The position numbers and the translations under genes were made by a program. DNA of 64,000 nt from a bacterium (lineage in GTDB: Bacteria > SZUA-182 > DTGQ01): NCBI GenBank assembly GCA_040752695.1, contig JBFMGO010000017.1:5048-69047 (forward strand), written 5' to 3'. Numbering within the stretch: the first letter of the stretch is position 1; each line of letters begins with the position of its first letter. Shown here piece by piece: positions 12,401-24,400 of this stretch. The notes beneath the pieces are model-generated. The model was not told where the DNA came from, made no database searches, and saw only the letters and a program-made list of their open reading frames with translations.

Positions 12401-15400
12401 TGCCAGTGATCTGCCTAACCCCACCCATGTATTTACCAGCTTTGGAACCTGCACGGTTATACTCACCTGCCATGACGACGATGGCGGGCAGGGACAGGAC
12501 AGTCTGGTGGTCACGGTACGGGATACGACACCGCCAGTGCCGGATCATGATCCACTTGCGCCCATAACCGGCCATTGCCCCGGCCAGCCGGTTCCGGCAC
12601 CCACCGCCACGGATAATTCCGCAGGCAGTGTTACTGGAACAACCACTGATCCGGTAATGTACGACGAAGAAGGAACATACACCATCACCTGGACTTACAG
12701 CGACAGCTACGGGAATACCGCTACTCAGATCCAGACCGTAACGGTGGAGGACACCGAAGCACCCATACCGGATCTCCCCCAGCTTTCAGCGATACAGGGG
12801 CAGTGCTCAGTCGAGGTAAGTACGGCTCCTTCGGCAACGGACCACTGTGTCGGGCAGGTGCAAGGTAGCACCACCGATCCTTTGCAGTACAGCGAGCAAG
12901 GTACCTACACCATCACCTGGACTTACGACGATGGCCGCGGCCACACCGCTACTCAGACACAGGCAGTGTTCGTGGAAGATACCGAAGCACCGGTGCCCGA
13001 TGTGGCACAGTTGCCGGCAGTCCAGGGAGAATGCTCGGTTGAGATAACCGAAGCGCCTTCAGCTACGGATCTTTGTTCAGGTCCTGTAGCGGCTGTGACT
13101 GGCGATCCTTTACAGTATGCCGGGCAGGGCACCTATACGATTACCTGGACCTATGATGATGGCCGTGGTAATCAAAGCACGCAAGATCAGACAGCAGTAG
13201 TATCTGACACCATTGTTCCTGTCCTCACCTGTCCTGAAAATATGGCCATAACCTGCCCCCCTGAAGAATACGCTGTCTTCAATCCAGACTTCGGAACAGC
13301 AACCGTCACGGATCTGTGCGATCTGGATGTACAGGTAAGGAACGATGCTCCTGCCTATTTTCTCAAAGGCATAACTACCGTAACCTGGACGGCAACCGAT
13401 GATGCCGGTAATCAGAGTACCTGCACACAGACCGTAACCGTGGACCGGCCGGCATTCCAGTTCGAGGTCGGGCCGTCCGGCTCGGGCCATCCGTTCACTA
13501 CCATTCAATCTGCCATCGATATGGCAGTAATCGGCGATGTTATTGTTGTTCATCAGGGTACTTACACTGAAAATATTCATTTTGGCGGCAAGAACATAAC
13601 CATAAGGAGTACCGATCCGGCAAATCCGGCGGTAGTTGCAGCTACGGTTATCGATGGAGGCCAGGCGGGAAGCGTTGTTACCTTTAATCAGGGAGAGGGA
13701 AATACGGCTGCCCTGACCGGCTTTACCCTGACGAATGGAAGAGCCTCCTATGGCGGCGGTATCTCGTGCCTTTCTTCCTCACCAACCATTTCATACTGCA
13801 TCATTACGGGAAATACAACCACAGGCGATGGATACGGCGGCGGCATCTGTTTGCGTCAGTCTGCCTCACCCGTTATCAAAAACTGTACGATTGCCGGGAA
13901 TTTGGCCGATTCCTCCGGCGGCGGTATCTCGTGCCTTTCTTCTGCACCGACGATAGTAAATTGCACCATTACCGGAAATCAGGCGAAAAACTCCTCTGGC
14001 GGCGGCATCTATGCTTCATCCTCGTCCCCTGTGATTATCAATTGCACTGTTGCCGCTAATACCGCTCATGGACAGGGCGGAGGGATGGCCTGCCTTGGTT
14101 CCTCCTCAGCCACCGTTAAGAATTGTATATTCTGGAGTAATTCAGGCCAGGCAATCTCTGTTGCCACAGGCTGCACTGCCGCGGTGACCTACTCCGATAT
14201 CCAGGGAGGTTTTTCTGGCGAGGGCAATATCGATACCGATCCTGGATTTTTCGCTCCTGAAACAGGTAATTATTATCTTATGCCGGATTCCCGGTGTATC
14301 GACGCAGGAACAGACAATGGTGCTCCTTCGGTGGATAAAGACGGCAATCCCAGACCCGTGGGCCTTGGGTACGATATGGGAGCGTATGAAAATAGTGATA
14401 ACAGGGTCATAATCAGGGAGGGCGAATACACTACGGCGGTTCAGATTCATTTATCCCTGTATTCTCAGGGTGCGGTACAGATGATCATCAGTGATAATCC
14501 TTCGTTTTTACATGCTGCCTGGGAAGTCTATGCACCCGCGAAAGTCTTTACCCTCTCTGCCGGGGATGGACAAAAGACCATCTATGTCAGGTTCAGAAGT
14601 GCATCAGGGCAGGAGTCAGACGTTGTCAGTGATACTGTTACCCTCGACTCCACGCCTCCTTCTATTACTTTCGTGACCCCGGCAGAGGGTGAATCGGTCA
14701 AAAAAGTAATTCCTGTTTCGATCGCCGTTTCGGACAGTCTCTCAGGAACAGCGCAGGTTGAAATATACCTGGATGGGGTAAAAGTGCCGGAATTTACCGC
14801 TGCTCAGGATAGCTACACCTGGGAGTGGGATACCAGGGAGTATGCCGATGGCGCTCATATCTTTGAGGTTACTGCCTGCGATACCCTGAACAACTGCGAC
14901 AGCAGGCAGATAAGCGTTCAGGTAAACTATGAACCTGCCTCAGCTCCCATAATCACCTCTCCGGCAGGGGGAGCGGTTACCGATCAGACGACAACCACGG
15001 TATTGGGCTCCGCAGATCCACTTTGCAGCATCGAAATATTCGTGAATGGCACTTCGTCGGCGTCCTGCCCGTCTAATTCGCAGGGTGCTTTCACCTGTAG
15101 TGGAGTGCCCTTAGGAGAAAACAGCAACCTTATCACGGCCAAAGCTTCCGACAGCCATGGAACCGGCCCTGAATCGGCTCCGATTCAGGTCATTCGCGAT
15201 ACCGTCTCTCTCTTTCCGCACGTTTCGATAGACCAGGCAGATCAGACAGCGAATAGAGAAATTACGCTGACATTGTCCTGTGACCAGGCTACTTCGATGA
15301 TGCTGAGTGAATTCTCGAGCTTTAGCGGTGCTCAGTGGCAGCCCTATCAACCGGCAGCCTCCTGGACCCTGTCAGCCGGTGACGGTCAAAAGACCCTCTA

Positions 15401-18400
15401 TGCCAAGTTCAAGAAAGATTACGGCTTTGAGAGTCCGGCAGCCAGCGACACCATTATCCTGAACACTATACCTCCTGCAAAGCCCGCAGTAACCCTCTCC
15501 TCGCTCACCTGCGATTCCGCTGTCGTTGGCTGGGCGAATTATCCGGCTCCGAATGATCTGGCAGAATTTCGCATCTACCGCCAAACGGGAGGAGAAGGCT
15601 TCACGAGCGTGGATGGCCTGACTCCGGCTGCCGTAGCTGCCAAGACTGCCCGAAGTTATCAACTCGGATCTCTCGCACTCGACACTTCGTACTACATTGC
15701 AGTCGTGGCCGTCGATATCGCAGGCAATATGATCCTTGAGGCAACCCCTCTCACCATCTATATCGACTCCATACCACCGCAGGTCAGGATCAGAAAAATC
15801 GGCCCCGGAGCTGAACCGGATTCAGCCCTTGTCTCATGGCAGGGGTACAACACGGAGAGTCTATGCCAGTTCAGCGGGTTTAAACTCTACCATCGAGAAG
15901 CCCCCTTCACTTCGGTAAGCGGCTTGACACCCGTTGCCTCGCTCGATGCTTCAGCCAGGGAAGCCCTCGTAGAGGGTCTTGACCTAAGTACAGATCACTA
16001 TTTTGCGGTCGCCGGGTTCAATACGGCCAATGAAATGAATCAGGAGGTCGTATCCGTAAGCTGGTCCTCTTCCTCTATTCCGGAATGGCACGTTTATCCA
16101 GGGGGAAGCATCCAGACTACGGTTGCAGCGGCTGCGAACGGGGAGTCGGTTGTCGTTCATCCCGGTATCTATGAAGAGTATATCAACTTTTCCGGAAAGG
16201 CGCTTACCCTGAGGAGCTTGCAGCCCGGTGATCCTGACGTAGTTGCAGCCACGATTATTGATGGAAGACAGGCTGGAAACGTTATTACCTTTGATCATGG
16301 CGAGAAATGCAGCGCTGTAGTAAACGGGATCACCATACGGAACGGGAAACCATATGGAATCTGGCTTAATTCCGCTTCACCGCTCATCAGGAATTGCCAG
16401 ATCATGGGAACCGGAGGCTATGGAATTTACAGTCAGAATTCTGTCTCGTCCATAGAAAATAATACCATAAGCAACAACAACACCTACGGAATTTATTGTA
16501 CAGGCTCCGCTTCCCCAACCATATTCCGGAACACGATTCATCATAATATTCAAGGCGGCATCCATTACACCGGCAGCGCTCCCATCGTTATTCTCTATAA
16601 CAGTATCCATAACAACAGCATGGGCATCTACTCCAACGGTACAGGAGAGATGCTTGTCAATCGAAATAATCTCTTCGATAATTCAGACTATTTTATCTGC
16701 AACGGCTCCGCTGCGGATGTGAATGCCCAGTGGAACTGGTGGGGTCAGACGGTTACGGTCGAAATAGAGATAGGAGACAATCCCCGGAATATCAGCAAGA
16801 TCTATGACAAGTACGATAACGGATCCAAAGGCAGGGTGGATTACGCTCACTGGCTCTATGAGCCGATGGATCCTGACCCGGCCCTTCTGTCTCTTCCGCC
16901 GTTGGCCGTTACCGGCCATGAGCCTGCAGGCGAGCAGACAGCCCTTGTAAATACCGTACAAGTTACCTTTAATCAGGAAATTATCCCCGCTACCTTTACC
17001 GCTCACGATATTCTCATAAGCGGCCCTTCGGGGGTAGTGCCTGTAGCCAGCGGCCCTGTGAGGGTCGAGGGGAATACCTACGGGATAACCTTTGCCAGCC
17101 AGGGAAAGATAGGCACGTATCATGTGCATATCGGGCCATACGTAGCCAATAAAGAGGCCCAGTTCATGGATCAGGATCTGGATGGACAGGATGCGGAACT
17201 TAATCACGATGTCTATGATGCCGGTTTCTCTATCGATGTGGATATCCTGCCTCCTGAGGACGTGACGAATCTCGCGGTGCAGTGCTTTGAGGACAGGCTC
17301 GTTTTCACCTGGGATCACTCGGCTGATACCGCCGGGGACCTGGCCGGATATAAAGTCTATTTCGATGGTGCAACAGAAGGCACCCCTGTGAGCGCCGGCC
17401 AGAACAGCTATGAGGCCACAGGATTGACTCCAGCCACAGCTTATTCAATCAGGGTAACCGCTCTCGACCACGAGGGCAACGAAAGCTCCGGCCTTTCCAT
17501 GCAGCAGGCCATAACGCTGCTGAATAATCCGGCCCAGGTTGCAGTTTCTCCCTACACGAGTGGTACGGTCCGGCTTACCTGGAATGCGGTGGAGCCTGCC
17601 CAATACCTCAAGCATTATGCTGTTTATGTAAGCACTGGTGAATTCAGCGGCACTGAAGGCATGACGCCCCGGCTGAAGGTAACACAGACATCCGCCAATA
17701 TTGCCGGTCTTACCAATAATGTAACCTATTACTTCGCGGTAGCCTCGGTCAATCTTTCCGGTGGAGAGCGGCATGAAGTCAGCAGCCTGGCTTCAGCAAC
17801 TCCGCTGCCGGATACGCAGGGCCCCGAGATTTCGGCTGTCTCCTTTGATGGCACAGCTCTTGCCAGTGGCATGCTCATCCATAACTCAGGGACATTCACC
17901 GTGAATGCCGCAGATCTTGCAGGCATGAGCAGGGTGGAATTTTCCTTCGATGGAAGCCTCTTTTGGACAGACAGCAGTTCTCCCTACACCTGTCCCTGGG
18001 AATTAGCTTCGGTGACAGACGGCGATCATACCCTGAACATCACCGCCTACGATACCCTGGGAAACAGCACCAGCATCGGTTATAACCTGGTGGTCGACCT
18101 CAATCCTCCGCCAGCGCCGACACTTGCCAAGCCATCTCCCGGAACGATCACTAACAGCCGGTCGATCGTCGTGGCCGGGACTGCGCAAAAATATACCGAA
18201 ATCCTCCTCTTCCTGAATGACGCTGAAACCGGCAGCCCGGTGCCGGTAGATACCAGCGGCAATTTCAGCCTTACCTTAAGCCTGACCGAAGGGGAAAACA
18301 GGATTCAGGCTTTAGCCCGCAACCGGGGAGGAGACAGCCTAAAGAGTGCGCAGGTTATAGTCACCCTGGACACGACGCTTCCTCAGAGCCCGACCAACCT

Positions 18401-21400
18401 TTCGGCTCAGGCCAAAGCTGGCGGCATTATCAAGCTGTCCTGGCGCAATGCCGGAGATACCACGGCCAAGGGATACTATGTCTACCGGGCCGCTGCGCCT
18501 TTTACCCTGAAGAGTGAAGCCACACAGTTGAACAGCGGTCTGATTACCGCCACCACCTTTGAAAATACTCCACCCGTGGACGGCACCTATTATTATCGCG
18601 TTTCGGTCGTGGATACAGCCAATAATGAAAGTGATTTGTCCGATTATGCTTCGGCAGTTTCGGACAGAAACCCTCCCAGGGCTACTTCCATCCACTACAG
18701 CCCCAAAGGGCACTTTGATCCGGCAACAGGGAGAATGGCCCCAGGACAGGTCGATGTGCTGCTCACCGTGAGTGAGCCGCTTCTCATGACTCCCTACCTG
18801 AGCATCGCTCCTGAGGGCGGAACTCCCGTCTCTGTTGAACTCATCCAGGATTCCGATCTTGTCTACACAGGATTTTTCGTAATTTCAGGCACCACACCTA
18901 CAGGGGTTGCCTATGCGATTTTCTCGGGAAGAGACCTCGTTGGAAACCGGGGAACGGAAATCGGCACAGGAGGCTCGATTCAAATCGATACCAGCGGGCC
19001 TGCCATAAGCAAGATCAGCATCCAGCCGCCACAACCTGTCAGAAACGACGAGAGCAGCCCCATTTCCATAACCGTGACCATCGGCCTCGACGAGGCCGTG
19101 AAGTCAGGAGATCTGCCGGAACTTTCCTTTATGCTCTCTGGTGCAGGGCGGCAGCCTGTCGCTATTGCGCCTTTAACCAAAGTGAGTGTATCCGGCCTGG
19201 CCGAGGGCTGGCAGGCTGCCTTCCAACTGCCGCCAGATGCGGGCCTGGCCGAGGTCGAGACGCTTCAGTTCATATACCGCGCCAGCGATGATCTGAACAA
19301 TGTAAGTACGAAAATTCTCTGCGATAACAGCTTCCAGATTTACCAGGGAGAACTTCCTCCGCTCGAGGTGCCGGGAAATCTGACTGCCCAGGCCCTGTCG
19401 GGCGGAAAGATCAAGCTTTCCTGGAGTGAGGTGCCAAAAGCGATCGGGTATCAGCTCTACCGCAGGGCACCCGAAGAGGGCAGCCTGAGCGAGTATGCAC
19501 GGTTAGAAACCGTTCTGGAATTTATCGATGAAACCACTCTTGATGGCCGCTATAGGTATGCGATTGCCAGCATCCGTGGTGAGAATGGGCAGGAATCTTT
19601 AAGCCAGATGAGCGCTGTGGTTGAAGCCACTTCGGATGCCACCGCTTCCGGAGCTCCCCGCAATCTTTCCCTGCAACTGGTCGGTGCAGGAATCAAGGCC
19701 GTATGGGAAGCGCCTGCCGATACAGAGCAGGTTACCTATTCCCTCTACCGGTCCAGTCTTCCCGAGATTACCTCGGTCGAGGGATTGACTCCTTTGATCA
19801 AAAAGATTCCCGGCACCATAGTAATCGATCCTCATCCTTCGCTCACCGAGCACTCCTATGTGGTCACTGCCGTCGACAGTGTCGGCAACGAATCCGCACC
19901 CTCCAACTCCTTCTATTTGAATTTCCAACTGCTGCCGGTACCCAGCCTGCAAATCGTCCAGAGCGAGCATAATTCGCCCATTGTCTCCTGGACTGCGCCA
20001 GGCGGCAGTATCACTGGCTATAACCTTTACCTTGGTCCCGAAGGTGCGAAGGTAAAGATGAATCAGAACCTTTTGACAGGTCTTGTCTATATCGATACCG
20101 GCTATGCAGAGGATACGCGGCGCTACACGGTTACGGCTGTGGACGCGAGCGGTCAGGAGAGCATTGGCCGCAGTCTTACCCTGCCCCTTTTGCGGGCAGC
20201 TCTCAGGGAGGGTGAGAGCGTCCGGCGAGGCGTCATGAACCGCCTGGAATACCTCGTTGAGAACCTCTCTTCCACAACGGTGGATTCAATTCGCCTGAAG
20301 GCTCAGTTCGATACCTACGATCATACGTCGGAGCCTTTCAGTCTGGCAGCGGGCAGCTCACAGGTTGTCCCCGTGATCGTCGGCGGCTATAGCGACCTTT
20401 CCGATATCGTACCGCTTACCACAACTATCGAGGTCACGCCCAACGAGGGCGAGCGGGTGCGGATCGTCCGCAGTGGGGAAATCAAGGTCAGTGACGGTAT
20501 GCTGGTCCTTGGGATCGAGAATGAAGAGTTCGTAAGGGGAGGATCGGGAAGGGTCCGATTCACGCTCGAAAATACGAGCGAGACGGAAATAGAAATCGTT
20601 ACGGCCACAAATTCAGGCACAGCAGCCTCCAATGAAATTAAATTCTACCTCCTTGACCCTGACAGGAATATACTCTCCGTTGCAGCATACAAGCAGAACC
20701 TGGGAGCGAATATCGTTACCTTGGCCAATAGCAAGACCGTAGCCAGAATTCCCGGCGGAGCTGTTTTCACTTCAGAGCCTGTGGAAATCGCTGTTCCTTC
20801 TTCCTCACCGGACGAGATCGATATTTTCATTGACATTGCCAGCATTCATTATCACCAGGGAAGACCGGACCAGGTATCCATGGATGGCCTGAGCTCGACC
20901 TACCGGATTTCTCTGGTTGACACCTCTTACTATGGAGAAGTGATCACCGTCACTCCTGAGGTTTCCAATGGTAATCAAGACATTGTCATCACCGGAAGGG
21001 CTGTGGAACGGAGCACTCTGCAATCTTTGCCCGGAGTCCCGCTCAATCTGACGGTTTCGGTGAAAGGATTCGATCGCAACTACCAGATACTAACCGATGA
21101 GGCGGGTGCTTTCACCTTCGCCTTCTCTCCCCTGGCCGGAGAGTCTGGCCGGTATCAGGTCCGGGTCACCCATCCTGACCTTCGCGACCGGCCGGTCCAA
21201 AAGCAGTTTGTCATTAACCGGATCGCCATCACTCCAGCCACCATTAACCTGAACATTCCCCGCAATTTTACCCAGAATGTCAGTATTCAGGTAAATGCCG
21301 GGGATGGCACCTCGGTCGACAATCTGCGGTTAGTGTATCATGAGCTTAATCAGCCGGGCGGACTGCTCCCTCTGGGTGTCCACCTGACCGTAGGATCTGC

Positions 21401-24400
21401 CTTGGCCGCCGTTGGCTCCAATCAGAGCGCCTCTCTTGGCTTCAGCATCTGGGCGGACAATCAGGCTGAGCGCACAGGCAAGATTGTCCTGAAGGTAATG
21501 AGCGGTGACGAGGGGACCGCAGGCACCGAATGGGGAACCGTAGTCATCAATACCAACTTCACCGAAGCACGGCCTGCCCTGTACTTTACCCCGGATCATA
21601 TAGAAACCGGTGTTGTCCTCGACGGCAGCGTGAGCGAGTCCATCACCCTTGAAAACAAAGGGCTGGCAGACCTCAAGAGCGTTCGTCTGGCCCTTATCAC
21701 CCAGGACGGTGCAGCGGCTCCTGCCTGGGTGCGGCTCAACTCCGACCCTGAGCAGGGCGATCTGGCCATAGGAGCAAAGCGCAAAATCTCCCTGAGCTTC
21801 AGCCCAAGTTCAAGTGTTGCCGAAGGCATCTACACCTTCTACCTGCGCGTGACCAGCGCAAACTACGCAACCAGAGATATCGGCCTCTATGTTTCCGTGA
21901 CCCAGTCGGGCCAGGGAAATGTCCTTTTCAAGGTTACGGATATTTATACCGGTACGGTGAATAAAAGCGGCAGCGTTGTCCAGGGACTTGCCGGAGCGAG
22001 CATCAAGGTGCAGAACGAGAAGGTCCTGAGCGTCGAGCGAACGGCAACCACGGACAGCCTCGGTGAGGTCTATTTTACCGACCTGCCCGCAGGCGCTTAC
22101 AAATGCCGCGTTACAGCCAGCAATCACCAGGAATACATTGGCCGGTTCTGGATAAAACCGGCTATCACGGTCAATCAGGAGGTCTTCTTAGAGTACAACC
22201 TGGTCACGGTAGAGTGGAAAGTGACCGAAACCACCATCCAGGATAAATACGAGATCGTTCTGACCGCAACCTATGAGACAAATGTTCCTGCACCGGTCGT
22301 GGTGGCAGAGCCAGCCTCGGTCAGCCTGCCTGATATGAAGGCCGGTGACGTTTACTATGGCGAGTATACCCTGACCAATTACGGCCTGATCCGGGCGAAT
22401 AATCTCCAATTCATTGCACCGGCAAGCGACCAGTTGGTGAGGTTCGAACTCATGGGCGGCCTGCCGACCAGCCTCGCAGCCAAAGAGCGCATCACCGTAC
22501 CATACCGCGTAACGTGCCTGCAATCCTTCAAGCCCGAAGCGGAAGCAAGCGGCGGCGGTGGAACCGGTGGCGGCGGCGGATGTCATCTGAAATGCGTCAA
22601 GACAACCTATGACTATGAATGTTCGAATGGGAAGAAAGGCTCCAGTTCTACAACTCACTGCTGGCTTTATGGAGATTGTGGTGGTTTCGGCGGTGGCGGA
22701 GGAGGTTTTGGCGGTGGTGGTGCCAGCGGAACCTGGAATATTGGTGGCGGAGGCAGCGGAGGCAGCTACTCAGGACCTGCACCCAGCTTTGGGTCAATCA
22801 ATGGCGTGGTCTGCTGGCCAACTGCGATGAGGACGGAGCCTCTATTTGATATTAATCTCAGCATATTAGCAGACAAGTTATTGGGCATGCTAAAGGATTT
22901 TATCAAGGATCTCATTATTGATGTCGGCTGTACCGTGAATACCTTCCTGCGGGAATTTGAAGATGGAGCTACTGATCTATCCGTAAAGGTACCTGGTGGA
23001 ACTATTGACATTCAGAGAAAATTTTACGGAAATGAATGGCACTGGGAGCATCTGCGCAATAATTTACGTTTCATTTCAGATCCTCTTGGGAATTCTATTG
23101 AGTCAATTGATAAAGGCGGAGTCATTTATGAACGATGGGCTGGATATACGATCGGTTGTATACCGGTTTATACAAGCGGTTCTTACAGGATAACCCAATT
23201 GATATCCGGATCGGGCTATTATTATCGATGGGAAGATAAATTAGGAGATTGGAAGGAATTTAACCGCCAGGGTCTGATGACTTCCTATGGAACCCGCACA
23301 GGAGTGGTTGGAAAGCTTATTTATGAGGAAATAGATGATCACGGCAGATCCATCGCCGATCCGGAGTTTAAGGGTAAACTTATCGGGGTCGCAGACAGAA
23401 ATAACGTACAGGTGATCTGGTTTGAATATAACGCTGATGGTTCTATCTTGGCGGTGCGAGATAACAATAGTCACCGTGTTGAATATAGCTACACCAGCAA
23501 GCGGCTGACCAGAGTCAGGGATATGATTAACCAGGAAACAACTTATGGTTATGATGGCAGTGGCAGGATCACCAGGAAAGTTGATACAGCAGGAAGAGAG
23601 ACCCTTGTAGCCTATGATAACTACGGTAATGTATCAAAGGTTGTTGATGCACAGGGCAATGGCCATTTCTTCCAATACGATTTTAATGAAGCTAAAAAAG
23701 AGCAATACACTCAGGTTAAAACCTCTTCAGGTCAAATTAAAGAGATCTGGTTCGACCGCGATGGTATGGTTAAGAGAGTGGATGTCAATGGAAGGACCAT
23801 CAAGAAGATCGTCAAGGATGGCCGCAACCTGATAATCACTGATGAAAAGGGAAATATTACCCGGAAGGAATTCGATGAATGGGAAAACCTGACGAAAGTA
23901 ATCTATCCCGATGGCTCCACGGCTTCCGATGTATATGAGCATAAATTCAGCCAGGTCACCAGGTCTACTGATCCGAAGGGCATTATTACTGAGTATACCT
24001 ATGATACTAAAGGAAACCTGACTCGAAAGGTGGATGCCGCCGGTACACCGAGCGAACGGGTGACTACGTATGCGTACGATCAAGATGGCCAAATCATCAC
24101 CGCTACCATTGAGGGAGACGCGAATACTGAGAGCGCCACTTCGAACATGACTTACGATAGTAACGGGAACTTAGCCTCTGTTACCGATGCAATGGGCAAT
24201 GTTGTTGAATTCCTCGACTATGACAACATGGGCAATTTTCACCGGATGAGGGACCCTCGCGGATATATCTGGCACTATAATTATGATGGAATGGGAAGGC
24301 TGAAATCGATAACCGACCCGCTCAATAATACCACTGCCTTTGAGTATGACGGGGCTAACAATCAGACGGCAGTTATCAATGCCTCCTTAAAGCGCTTTGG

